64,000 bases of DNA from contig OZ024741.1 of the NCBI GenBank assembly GCA_964016885.1, positions 197,098,001 through 197,162,000 of the forward strand. Direction: 5' to 3'. The notes under the pieces were generated by a model, which saw only the letters and a list, made by a program, of their open reading frames with translations, was not told the DNA's origin and ran no database searches. This DNA is from Eledone cirrhosa. Its lineage: Eukaryota. A program made the position numbers and the translations under genes. Every line of letters begins with the position of its first letter. Within the stretch, counting starts at the first letter, position 1. Shown here one piece after another: positions 46,601 through 60,174 of this stretch.

Positions 46601-49488
46601 CTATCGTTCCATCCAATAACAATGTACCTTCCCCTGTCATTCCATCCAATAACAATGTACCTTACCCTGTCATTCCATCCAATAACAACGTACCTTCCCC
46701 TGTCATTCCATCCAATAACAATGTACCTTCCCCTGTCATTCCATCCAATAATGTACCTTCCCCTGTCATTCCATCCAATAATGTACCTTCCCCTGTCATT
46801 CCATCCAATAACAATGTACCTTCCCCAGTCATTCCATCCAATAACAATGTACCTTCCCCTGTCATTCCATCCAATAATGTACCTTCCCCTGTCATTCCAT
46901 CCAATAACAATGTACCTTACCCTGTCATTCCATCCAATAACAATGTACCTTACCCTGTCATTCCATCCAATAACAATGTACCTTCCCCTGTCATTCCATC
47001 CAATAACAATGTACCTTCCCTATCATTCCATCCAATAACAATGTACCTTCCCCTGTCATTCCATCCAATAACAATGTACCTTCCCCTGTCATTCCATCCA
47101 ATAATGTACCTTCCCCCCGTCATTCCATCCAATAACAATGTACCTTACCCTGTCATTCCATCCAATAACAATGTACCTTCCCCTGTCATTCCATCCAATA
47201 ACAATGTACCTTCCCCTGTCATTCCATCCAATAACAATGTACCATCCCCTATCGTTCCATCCAATAACAACGTACCTTCCCCTGTCATTCCATCCAATAA
47301 CAATGTACCTTCCCCTGTCATTCCATCCAATAACAATGTACCATCCCCTATCGTTCCATCCAATAACAATGTACCTTACCCTGTCATTCCATCCAATAAC
47401 AATGTACCTTCCCCTGTCATTCCATCCAATAACAATGTACCTTCCCCTATCGTTCCATCCAATAACAATGTACCATCCCCTATCGTTCCATCCAATAACA
47501 ATGTACCTTACCCTGTCATTCCATCCAATAAAAATGTACCTTACCCTGTCACTCCATCCAATAACAATGTACCTTCCCCTATCGTTCCATCCAATAACAA
47601 TGTACCTTACCCTGTCATTCCATCCAATAACAATGTACCTTACCCTGTCATTCCATCCAATAACAATGTACCTTCCTCTGTCATTCCATCCAATAACAAT
47701 GTACCTTCCCCTATCGTTCCATCCAATAACAATGTACCTTACCCTGTCATTCCATCCAATAACAATGTACCTTCCCCTGTCATTCCATCCAATAACAATG
47801 TACCTTCCCCTATCGTTCCATCCAATAATAATGTACCTTACCCTGTCATTCCATCCAATAACAATGTACCTTCCCCTGTCATTCCATCCAATAACAATGT
47901 ACCTTACCCCGTCATTCCATCCAATAACAACGTACCTTCCCCTGTCATTCCATCCAATAACAATGTACCTTCCGTCATTCCATCCAATAACAATGTACCT
48001 TCCCCTGTCATTCCATCCAATAATAATATTCCTTTCCCTGTCATTCCATCCAATACCAATGTACCTTCCCCTGTCATTCCATCCAATAACAATGTACCTT
48101 CCCCTGTCATTCTATCCAATAATAATGTACCTTCCCCTGTCATTCCATCCAATAATAATATACCTTTCCCTGTCATTCCATCCAATAACAATGTACCTTA
48201 CCCTGTCATTCCATCCAATAACAATGTACCTTCCCCTATCGTTCCATCCAATAACAATGTACCATCCCCTATCGTTCCATCCAATAACAATGTACCTTAC
48301 CCTGTCATTCCATCCAATAACAATGTACCTTACCCTGTCATTCCATCCAATAACAATGTACCTTACCCTGTCATTCCATCCAATAACAATGTACCTTCCC
48401 CTATCGTTCCATCCATTAACAATGTACCTTACCCTGTCATTCCATCCAATAACAATGTACCTTTCCCTGTCATTCCATCCAACAACAATGTACCTTCCCC
48501 TATCGTTCCATCCAATAACAATGTACCTTCCCCTGTCATTCCATCCAATAACAATGTACCTTCCCCTATCGTTCCATCCAATAACAATGTACCTTTCCCT
48601 GTCATTCCATCCAACAACAATGTACCTTCCCCTATCGTTCCATCCAATAACAATGTACCTTCCCGTCATTCCATCCAATAACAACGTACCTTCCCTATCG
48701 TTCCATCCAATAACAAGGTACCTTCCCCTATCGTTCCATCCAATAACAATGTACCTTACCCTGTCATTCCATCCAATAACAATGTACCTTCCCCTGTCAT
48801 TCCATCCAATAACAATGTACCTTTCCTGTCATTCCATCCAATAACAATGTACCTTCCCGTCATTCCATCCAATAACAACGTACCTTCCCTATCGTTCCAT
48901 CCAATAACAATGTACCTTACCCTGTCATTCCATCCAATAACAATGTACCTTCCCCTGTCATTCCATCCAATAACAAGGTACCTTCCCCTATCGTTCCATC
49001 CAATAATAATGTACCTTCACCTGTCATTCCATCCAATAATGTACCTTACCCTGTCATTCCATCCAATAACAATGTACCTTTCCCTGTCATTCCATCCAAT
49101 AACAAGGTACCTTCCCCTATCGTTCCATCCTGTAATAATGTACCTTCCCCCGTCATTCCATCCAATAACAACGTACCTTCTCCCATCATTCCATCCAATA
49201 ACAATGTACCTTCCCCCGTCATTCCATCCAATAACAACGTACCTTCCCCCGTCATTCCATCCAATAACAATGTACCTTTCCCTGTCATTCCATCCAATAA
49301 CAATGTACCTTCCCCCCGTCATTCCATCCAATAACAATGTACCTTCCCGTCATTCCATCCAATAACAATGTACCTTTCCCTGTCATTCCATCCAATAACA
49401 ACGTACCTTCCCCTGTCATTCCATCCAATAACAATGTACCTTCCCCTGTCATTCCATCCAATAACAATGTACCTTCCCCTGTCATTCC
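43601..49488. repeat. 33-bp minisatellite, about 178 units
   Basis: Consensus CCTGTCATTCCATCCAATAACAATGTACCTTCC. Unit count is span divided by 33. It explains all PVIPSNNNVPS, MYLPLSFHPIT and GTLLLDGMTGE ORFs. Confidence 0.99.
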
Positions 49489-49794
49489 TTTAAGTGGAAC
49501 CTCACTTCATGAATGCCTCTTATCAACAAATCAGTTCACAAACAATTTTTCTGAATATAAAACATCTCTCTTCACGAATGGTGTCTCAAGTAACAACAAC
49601 AATAACAGTTGGCAACAAGTTTGGAGTATTTGCAGGAAAATGTCACTTGCTGTGTAATTAGTTACTATGGTGATATCTATCTCTCTTTCACACAATCTCT
49701 CTCTCTGTATTTCTCAACAATAAAAATATAAGTAAAATAAAACTATTCAACAACAGCATTTATGTTAATGAATTAAATGAATCAGATATTTACT

Positions 49795-50027
49795 TGTATC
49801 AGAATGTCCCAGGAAGAATCGCTGGACAGATTTTTACAGGCAAAACCAACCGGCAGGAGACCCAGAGATAGACCCCCAAGCAAGATAGTTGGATAACTTC
49901 CATGAGCTCGGCTAGTCTAGCTTGGAGATCCAGCTGGATCAGTTGGAAATGGTTGCCTCTGACAGGACTCACTGGAGGAAGTGTTTGAGGACTCTACTCC
50001 CCACAACCCTCTCAGGAATAAGTGGGA
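49795..50027 (+). mobile_element. Rex3/Expander-like RTE 3' end (same family as 20.8 kb)
   Basis: LEIQLDQLEMVASDRTHWRKCLRTL matches LGIQLDQLETAASDRTRWKEYLRTL. Confidence 0.85.
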
Positions 50028-50182
50028 GGAGGAGAAAGAGGAGAAGAAAAAGAAAAATAGGAAAGAAGAAGAAAAGGAGAAGAGAAGAAAAGGAGAAGAA
50101 AAAGGGAAAAGGAGAAGAAAAAGGAAAAAGGAAAAAGGAAAAAGTAAAGAAAAAAGAAAAGAAAAAGAAGAAAAAAGTAAAA
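50028..50182. repeat. Polypurine (GAA/GGA/AAAAG) low-complexity tract, probably an expanded element tail
   Basis: Direct reading. Confidence 0.9.
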
Positions 50183-51039
50183 GATATTTACTTTGACCTT
50201 AAGATTGCACCTGGAAATTTCCTCAGACACAAGCCTAGGCAAGGTGTTTATGTGAAAGACCAGTAGTATTTCCACACTACCAGTGCTGTCCAAATGAAAG
50301 GCATAGGTTAATATAGCTTGGCACCTGTGTTGTCACAACTCATTTATTCCAGCTGAGTGGACTGGAGCAATATGGAGCAGTGTCTTGCTCAAGGACACAA
50401 AATACCACCTGGTCTGTGAATTGAACTTGCACACATATACAAATTATAGCTTCATAGTTGACAATACATAAAATGCGTGCATGCACACACAGCTTATAAA
50501 TTACCATATCAGAAAAAATAACTTTTATTGTCACTTTTATAATAAAAAGTAATACAACAATGAAAATATTAAGACTAATAATCAAAATATTTGTCGTGTG
50601 CAACAGTGTATACTTAAGTAAATATACAGCTAAAATCTATATCTCCCAAATCTCCTGTAATAGTATTAACTAAACAATGACTATTCAAAAATTTGTTGGT
50701 GTAACATTTGTACTAAGATAAAATCAACAAAATTAGATATGCTATTTTGGACTGCTATTAACATTTAATATATTCCTGAATCAGAGATAAATTTAAAATT
50801 AATGTACATCTAAATTAAAGATAAATGAAACAGCAGATATGAAAGTAATGGCAAGATAAGTGTATTTTAAAAAAAACCCAGTAAAATGCATTTGTAAAGA
50901 TACATGTTAATTTTGTGTTTATAAACTGAATAATAACAATGAATAATAACAGAGGTTGCTAAAAGTTACTAATGAGAAATGACTAAGTGTTTGTAGCATC
51001 CTGGAGTATAATTTTCTTTTTCTTCGTTAGCACCATTAT

Positions 51040-51380
51040 CATCAATCATCATTTTACATCTGCTTTCCATGCTGGCATGGGTTGGATGGACTGTCACAGT
51101 TGAGACTAAATGGACTGGAGCTACTTATTTGACTTGTTATGTTCCACATTTGGTATGATTTATATAGATAGGTGCCCTTCCCAATGCCAACCACCTTATA
51201 AAATGTTCAGTGTGATTTTTGCAACACCAGTGCTACCACTTTACAAAATACACTAGGTGCATTTTATTTTGACACCAACACTACTACTTCACAGGGTGTA
51301 ATGGATGCATTTTATCGTGGCACCAGCACTACCACTTCAAAGTGTAGTACGTGTATTTTATCATTGCACCAGCACTGAAG
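51040..51380 (-). mobile_element. RTE 3' UTR remnant with tandem modules
   Basis: CATCATTTTACATCTGCTTTCCATGCTGGCATGGGTTGGATGG...GCCCTTCCCAATGCCAACCAC. Confidence 0.7.
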
Positions 51381-52345
51381 ACCCTACATTGTTTACATTT
51401 AATTGCCAAACAATGTAACCTCTGGTCTCTCAGCATGTTTACTTACAGTGCAACAGTGCTTGTACTAGTGGATAGGTTTATTGTATTATTTAATGTCAGC
51501 TTTCTGTTGTATATATAATAGGAACATTGACATATGAAATGCAAAATGAACTGTACAAAATAAATGTCTAACATTTCTATATAGAAGAAAGTGAGTTGCC
51601 AAAAATATTAGAGAACTATAATAAATGTCATTTAGTAAATAGAGTTGAACTTAACTAGGGTTAACTCAGTCTTTAATCTTTCAGAGATTCTTGAGTAAGT
51701 ACCATCAGTGACCAGTCTGTCGTTTATTTTAAACATGGTTTATCTAGGATTACATTATCTAACGAGTAATTCTTTTTTTAAAATAGCAGGGACTGCCATT
51801 TTTAACAGGTCAAGAGACTATGTAAAGTTCTCTCATTAATTCAAGAACCAAGTTAAGACTAGAATCAAGTCCATCAGCTGTGGCAGTTGGTTTTGTAACT
51901 AGTCAAATTATAGAATTATAAACCACCCATGACAGGAGGCATGGAAAACAGTTATAAGGTTAGTTCAAGTTAGGATGACCATTCCTTTTACAACCTTTTA
52001 AGAATAGCCTAGATTGTTTGGAGGTTCTCCAAACAGTCACTCAACCTATTAGAAATAACAGCCAAACAGTTTCTTTCAAATCAGCCCACCCACATTTTAC
52101 TAAAAGGACACATAAAATAATTTAATCCTAAATATACTGTTTGGAAAAAGTGATAGCTAATCATGCCTGGAATATTTTTGACCATAGGCCACCTAGATCA
52201 GGGGTGAGCAAGGGTTAAATAACAAACCAGAATAAGTTAAAATTCAAACTGAAAAAAAAAAAAACAACAAATAAACCTTATATATCTTCCAGTTTCTAAC
52301 TAAATAATAACAGCAGAAATTACGCAACTAATAAAATATCCTTAC

Positions 52346-52409
52346 CTTATGAGGATCATGATAAGAACTTTTAAAGGTGAGGTTACACACCACCAGAGCT
52401 GAAGCAGCA
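52346..52409 (-). CDS. Possible 64-nt exon of the host gene; coding status uncertain
   Basis: Acceptor ttttattttAG, donor AAG|GTAAGG. Two open frames: AASALVVCNLTFKSSYHDPHK or LLQLWWCVTSPLKVLIMILI. Confidence 0.4.
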
Positions 52410-54529
52410 CTAAAATAAAATATTTGCTATACCACAGCTAGATTGGATAATCTCTTAATGAGATATGAAGATTAATTTTTCTAGCAATAGACAGATAGAC
52501 AATTAGAGATAGAGAGAAACATATGAAATAAATAAATAAAAGTGTAGATAAATATACAGAAACAAATATACTAGATACTGCATAAGTAAGGCAGCATCAT
52601 AACATGTTTTATATTTGAAAACCTAACACTCTTATATGCAAGTTGTAATTTAAATACCATTTCTAGTTAAATCACTGACATTAAAGCATCAGTAAATGCA
52701 AAATAGCTGATCAATATTATGGAAACCCATCTGAATATGAGCCAAACTGTCTATATAAGATGATAAATGCAATTTGTCCCAGATTTTAAAATGATTTCTT
52801 CATTGACTGAAATATAATTTTATGATATCTTTATTGGCTGAAATATAAAACATTAAAAAGTGATAATGTCAGCCTTTTTGTTACCTTATTTCTAATAAAA
52901 TACACTGTATTTGAATTACTGACAAAATTGGAGAGATTTGCTAAAATTATTATTCATTATTAAGACGATATTTGTATCTTAAGAAAAGATTCTCATAAAA
53001 TTATGTTGGAAGATTTTAATTCAAATTGGAACTATTTGTTCCATAGCACCAGAAGCATTTGGAGGCAAGTTGGCACCAAAACAGTTAATTCATGAAGGAT
53101 TTGGAAGGTTTTGCTAAAATTGTTAACTATTTCATTATTAAGATGGTATTTGTAATATACCTTAACAAAAGGTTTTTGTACAAAATTATGTTGGAAGGTT
53201 TTAATTTAAAAAAGAACCCTTTAAAATGAGTGATTTTGTTCCATAGAACCAGAAGTGGTTTTGAGTGGGTTTGTATCAAAATCATTAATGTACACAAGAA
53301 GAGAATTCTTAAATTTTGAACAGGCCTCATCTCAATAGTCAATCAAGCTTTCTAACTTTATTACTTCTTTCCAAAATATGATATTTATATATTAAAAAAA
53401 ATAATATAACATATTTTTCCATGCTAATTCTATCAATTAGTAATAACTAATTAGAAAATCCTATTTGAAATTTAATTTTCTAGGTTACAGTAGATAAAAG
53501 ATATATGTATAAGATATTTCTAGCAATTTGATGCCATTTTTATCAAATATCATCATTAAATATTTTAATCGGTAAAGTCATTAAGATAAACATTTATTTA
53601 TGAAAAAGAAAAAAAAAATGATTTATCAAAATTTTGGAGAAGGGAATTGTGTTATATTGGTAAAATATTTAATTTAAAAAAAAAGCTAAATATTTTAGGT
53701 GAGAAGGGAAACCATTACACTGATGTTTATACCTTTTCTCAAGGGTATTAGCAGTGAAAAAATGAGGATGGCACACCATGTACCAAAATAACTCCTGGTA
53801 ATTTTGTAAATAAAGCATCAACAAGATTTTCAGTAAAGAGTACATTAGAGCCAATTCAAAGTCTTCAACTCAGAATTGTAAGCTATTATTCTCATTTATT
53901 GAAGAATATTCTTACAATCTTACACCAATGAACTGTACCTACACCATGATACATATTTGTAATAAGGAAGACTAGGTTATTAAAGTTGTCTTGATCATGG
54001 ACAATTTGCTATGCTTGTAACTGAATATAAGCTATCATTCCTTCTACTAGTAACCTAGCGACTTGGCTATTTATGACACAAAGCAACAAGCACAAATATA
54101 TTATTAGCTATAGTTGTGAAGGTATGTGGCTTGGTGGTTAGAGAATTGGATTCACAATTGTAAGGTTGTGAGGTTGATTCCCAGACTGCCGTGCTGTGTT
54201 ATGTACTTCAGCAAGACACGTTCTGCCAGGAGTTGCAACTGGTAGAAAGTATTAGCAATGAAAAGACCAATAGAAACATTGGTAGGAGAATGAGGTCAGG
54301 GATCGTGTCGATTGTTTAAATAGTAAAAAATTGAAATTATATCAGAGACATGACATCACCTATATTAATATGCCATGTGTGTTTGTGTGTATATATATCT
54401 ATATATATACATCCAGTATGCACCGCTGAACCCCTCTCCTCCCTCTTCCTTCTATACACCTCCCACACCCTAACACTCCACCCATATCCTAATCACCCCA
54501 CCCTTCTCCCACACCTTTACATCCTCTGT

Positions 54530-54866
54530 CCCAGTCCCCAGTTCACACTGTAAAGTGGTTATATTGGTATCATGACAAAAAGCACCCAGTCCACACTATA
54601 AAGCAGTCGTTACAGTGCCACGATAAAAGACACCCAGTCCACACTGTAACGTGGTCCTCTAGCTGTCACAACAAAAAGTACCCAGCACATATTGTAAATG
54701 TGGTTGGTGTTGGGAAGGGCATCCATAGAAACCAAGCCAGAAACAGTTCTGTATGAGTATGACACAGTCACCTGACCTGATCTGACTTGCCTTGCCTTAA
54801 ATGGGAAATCAGTCTAACCCATGCTAGCATGGAAAATAGACGTTAAACAATAATGATGATGATGAT
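54530..54866 (+). mobile_element. RTE 3' UTR remnant with four ~50-bp modules and (GAT)n tail
   Basis: Repeated CCCAGTCCACACTGTAA. Ends ATAGACGTTAAACAATAATGATGATG. Confidence 0.8.
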
Positions 54867-57800
54867 CCATCTGTAACTTTTTCCAATGTAAACACACACA
54901 TTTTCTATCACAGTCATATTGCTACAATAAGAAGTTCCTTTTCTAGTCACAAGGTCCTTGGTTCTAAATCTACATTTGTCTCTGTAAATATTTATTTCTC
55001 CAAAGTCACTCATACATTCTGTCATTTATACATATATGCTGAACCTTTAATTATATCCTAAAAATAAATTATTAAAATATCAATCTTATCTTTAAATACT
55101 TCTATATGGCAGTAATCAAAATAAACTATGTTTCTGTTATGCAAACCAGATTGTAAATTTCCTGGTTTGTATGATTATTCATATATCCTGTAACTCTGGT
55201 ATATATGGCATAGAAGTCCTGGACTCCAAAAATTAACTAGATTCAATGTTATTACAATCACTATTGACGGCACTGGTCTACTGGTATTTTGATAAAACAT
55301 GAGTTTAACACTTGCTCTATGACACTTGACACATTTTATTCCTTTAGTGATGCAGGGGTATTTCAACGATCAAAGCATCCAGATGTGATTTTTAAAAAAG
55401 CCTTATTGATTATTCAAATGTATAGAGGGTGGGTTTGCACTATTGGATTAGATTTTACTCTATACAGATAATCACTATATCCAGTTGGTTTCTACATAGC
55501 AGCGTATTATCTCCACTACTATTTGCCACAGTCACCATTACCACAAGTCTCGTTTTTCACAAATTCAAATCTTGTTAAATTCAACAGCAGTTTCATTTAA
55601 GCTGGTTACAGTCAAACATTTAAACAAAACCTAATTTTTATTTAAAGTTGATTTTGTTGTTCTTGTTGAAATTATTTCTGGCACAGTTGCTAATGCTATT
55701 GTTGTTACTGATGTGACTACTTAATAACAATAACAATAGTAAAATTGTCATTGTTGTTATTCCTATTGTCGTTGTGGCTTTTATTTTTATTGTTGCAGTT
55801 GTTCCTATTGCTGTTGTGACTATCTAAAATGATTATAATTGTCACTGAGAGTTGTTAATTTGTATATTTTATATTTTTTTCTGATTCACAAAGGTTGGTG
55901 ATTTAATGAAATGGTAGGTTAGTCAGAATATTTCTGTTAGTCTAATGAAACAGAAACATGCCTTTATTGAAAATTACTGTTTTGTGAGTAAGGAGATTAA
56001 TATAGGCTTACTAAATCCTCACACATACAGAGAAATAATTAATACCTCTGTTGTATTTTATTTTTGACTTAGCTATATATAAATATAACATGGTGGTACT
56101 TGACTGGATTAATTAATGTATGGACATAGAAGCTGGAGGATTCACAGTTTATATCCCTCATTGGAGGTGGTGTAGCAGTACACTCGTTAGGACGTCAGAT
56201 ATGACACTTTGCAGTATTTGTTGCAGCTCTCTGAGTTCAAATCCTGCTGAGTTTAACAGCTTTTCATTCTTTCACGGTTGATATAACAAACATTAGTGCA
56301 ATACTGGGATAAATGTTTCCTCTGTGTCTCTTTCTCACCTTCTCTGGAAGAAATCAGCTGCATTCAGACCTGGAGAAGGATGGGCTCTGCCAGGTTTCAA
56401 ATGCTCAAGATACACTGTATGTCCCTACAATATTTCAATGACTCCATCAAGAGATACGAGTCAACAATCACTGGCGTTATTGTTATGTTCAGAAGTAAGA
56501 CATTAAAATCTTGTTTGCTTAGCCCACATTGTTGTAAAGCTCTCAATGGAAACAATGTGATTTTTTTTAAAAAGCTTAGAGAAGAAAAGGCAGAGCTCAC
56601 AAACGTTTTGGAACCTCTGAGATTAATGGGATATAAAAAGAGGAAGTTACTCTCCGACCAAAAGCTTGGTACACATGCTTGCAACAGACTCCATTAAAAA
56701 GTACCCAAGAGCCAAGTATGGGCATTAAACCAGGCAAAAGATAAAGTCTACCATCAAAGAACAGGAACAGTTTCTCAGACAGGCTTACACACAGTTTATA
56801 TCAAACAAATTTCAATTACAAGTCTCTAATCAATCTAAGGCTAGAATGGTAGACACTTGCCTAAAAATGATGTGCAATGAGATCAAACTTAAAACCTTAG
56901 TCAGAAGTGGAAGTACCATATCATTAATTCAGCAAGTATTTCTTTAGCTTGCATTGATGTTAAAGCTGTCAATAGACAGGAAAACATAGAAGATACATCC
57001 AATTGAGAGAACTGGAAGAGAACTGTCACTTGGTGCACAAACATGTATAGAATGGATTTGACTGAATGAATAATTAAGAATGTGTTGCATGGCTTTCAGT
57101 TGGTTTTAAACAGCACTTAGAGTATGGGGACATATGTGAAATGTGGGTCCCTGACCCATCTGAGAGGTCCACTCGAGTATTGCCTTGGTCTGTGACAACC
57201 TATCAAGGGAAGATGGACGTTAAGTGATGATAATGCAAACACAACAGTAAATATCAAGTGGAAAGGAATATACAACTCTCAGAGCACAATGCAACAAGTG
57301 TTTTGGTTATAGCAGTTTGTAACAAACCTCTAGCTGTTGAATATTTCTCATTTGCCTTACTGAAGGTGCATGATTGATCATAAGCTTGTGAGTTGTACAA
57401 GACACTTTATTTCACATTGCTCAAGTCCACTCAGCATGACACTATGATTACTATCCCAATCATAGTGTCATGCTGAATCTCCCTGAGAACATTAACATGT
57501 CTGTGGAATGCTCAGTCACTTGCATGTTAATTTTATAAGCAGGCTGTTCTGTTGATCTGACGGAGGTCAAGCAACAACAACCTTACTGAATATTCAAACA
57601 TTGATTTTGACTTTCTTTTTTGCCATCTCTAAAAGAAATACAGCGAGTACATCCAATATGGTTGCTAATCATAACTGCAGATTTTCAGCTATGTATAGAT
57701 TTTATATTAAAAATTGATTTACACAAAATAGTAGTTCCACTATGGTTTTACTAATTTGAGAATGAATATATCATAGGAAAAGATTTCTAGAGTGGTTAAA

Positions 57801-59156
57801 GTGTATTGTCAGAATGGACAGAATAAAAACAACTAAACTGAGATGAAACTGGTGAATACTGGAATGTTTCTTTATTTTGCCTTTTTATGAACAATCATTA
57901 CATGTATTCTATAGAATAAAAATAGTGAAGAACAGGCAAGATAGAATGTTTTGTGGTATTCATTTCAGCAAACTGCACTCCGAGTTCAAAGCCTGTTGTG
58001 GTTCACGTAGCCTTTCACTCTTTCTTACTCCCCTTCTCTTCTTCACCGGAAGAAATCAGATGTGTTCAGACCTGGAGAAGGGTTCCCATTTAAATTTAGA
58101 TTTCTCAACATAATTTTGTAGAAGAACTTTGTTAAGTTACTACCTTAGTAATAAAATAATTCATAATGTTAATAAATCCTTCAAAACTTTTCATTGATTA
58201 ATTGAAAGAGAGTGTATGTCATTAGAAATATGATCACGAAAGGATTAAGAAAACTCCATTAGGTTAATCACAGATTAATGTAAGATATAAGGAAAAATCT
58301 TTTTACAAATTTTGTCTACAGTGAAGAAATATTTATTGAAAAATATTATTACACAAAGATAAGATTAAAATATACCAGAACCTAAACAAGAATAATCTTT
58401 AATTCAATGAAATGATAGGAAAAACTTGAATACATTTGACTTTTATTTACATTGATTGCTTGTATACATGAAGTACTGACAACTATTATGACAACTCCTG
58501 AAAACAAATGCTTCATAGATCACTTTATTCATATCCACAAGTAAGTGTTCGATTTTATAATACTTTTTGCTAATATTTTAAGTCAACATCAGTAAAAAGT
58601 CTTATACAGTTAACTGAAATTGATTTTATTTGTATGCAATTAACCATGTAATTAACCTGTGATTTTATATAGAATCTATGTTAAAATGTGTTTTGAAAAA
58701 TGCAAGTTCCATATATACTCACATATATGCTGATCTGAATATAAGCCACAAGAGTATATTATATTATAGATAGTTTTTGTTTCACAACTGAAGGCTATAT
58801 TCATTCAAAACACAAAAAATAAGAAAAACAATTTCATGTTGACAGTGAAAGTAAAACTGGTGTAATATTTACCTTCTATTTTAGCACCCCATTAATGAAG
58901 AAATTGACCTTGAATTGACCTTGAATATTAGCCGACCCCTTACTTTACTGGTCACATATTTCTTGGCTTATATAGGAGTATATATGTTCATTGGAATTAA
59001 CTGCTTATGTGAAACAGAGGACTGAAAGTTTACAGAAATGTTAGAGCAAACTAAAATACTATATCATATTTAGTTTCTTCCCACAAGATAGAGTTCAAAT
59101 CACACCGAACTAACCTTTATTTATTTCTCTATGGTTTTGATAAAGTAACTAATAAT

Positions 59157-59330
59157 TGTTTCTACTTTAGGCACAAGGCCAGCAATTACCCAGTGCATTA
59201 CTGATACTTTATTTTATCGACCCCGTAAGGATGAAAGGTAAAGTCAACCTCGGCGGGATTTGAACTCAGATCGTAAAGGGACGTAAGTATGCTGGAAAGC
59301 ATGGCGTCCGACCCTCTACCGATACTGCCA
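59157..59330 (-). mobile_element. SINE family 1 with TSD AACTAATAAT
   Basis: Near-identical to 18648-18833. Repeat at 59147 and 59330. Confidence 0.9.
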
Positions 59331-59990
59331 ACTAATAATGATAGTCACTTCAACTCAATCACTAGAAAAATTTAGCCTTATGCCTTATCAAATAAACAAA
59401 TGTTTGTAAAAGGTGAAGAGAAGCTAACAACATCAGGAATATACTCTTTTTAGTGTGAAGGCATGTGGCTTAGTAGTTAGGGTTCTCAGCACACAATTGT
59501 AAGGTTGTGAATTTGATTCCCAGACCAGGCAGCACATTGCATCCTTCAGCAAGATACTATTTCAAGCTACTCCAGTCCACTCAGCTAGCAAAAATGTATT
59601 CTGCTGGTAATTCAAGGGGGCCAACTTTGTCACACATTCTGTTACACCATCTCCCTGAGAACAACATCAAGAGTGAATGCACACTCTTTTTAGTACACTA
59701 TATCAATGTCAGAAAGTAAGAGTTATTAAACCAATTCAGTAACCAAGAATGAAGAGGGAAATCAACTTTTCTCATGAGTTAGTATTATATCATAAACTTT
59801 GCAATATATTCTTCAGCAGTGTCTTTGTAAATGTTACAAATACAAAGTTTAACATATTTGCAGAAGTTCTAAACACAGGTGTAACACAGATTCCTGCAGC
59901 AGATGGTCTGACACATTTTAATTCAGACATCATTAGAAATTTTGAGCAGAATTTGAATTTCCTGTGACCCACTAGACTGGTTAATTAATC

Positions 59991-60174
59991 GTTTCTACTT
60001 TTGGCACAAGGCCAGCAATTATCCCAGTGCATTACTGGTACTTTATTTTATCGACACCGTAAGGATGAAAGGCAAAGTTAACCTCGGCAGGATTTGAACT
60101 CAGATCATAAAGGGAGGTAACTATGCTTCAAAGCATGGCGTCCGACCCTCTACTGATACTGCCAATCCACCGCC
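59991..60174 (-). mobile_element. SINE family 1, full length, TSD CTGGTTAATTAAT
   Basis: Repeat at 59978 and 60175. Confidence 0.92.

Noticed and set aside
43601-49488. CRISPR-like periodicity
   Set aside because: Units are head-to-tail with no unique spacers, the context is eukaryotic, and there are no cas genes.
43512-49657. Very long ORFs (826, 602, 568, 546 aa) resembling a mucin or repeat protein
   Set aside because: They are by-products of a 33-bp unit. 32- and 34-bp units shift the frame repeatedly, several frames are equally open, and there is no unique domain or clear splice boundary.
49922-50293. Lys/Arg/Glu-rich ORFs
   Set aside because: They are translations of a polypurine low-complexity tract after a LINE 3' end.
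56296-56697. 133-aa ORF and other 60-130 aa ORFs in AT-rich stretches
   Set aside because: No recognisable domain. They overlap SINE or other repeat remnants, or are antisense shadows of LINE ORFs.
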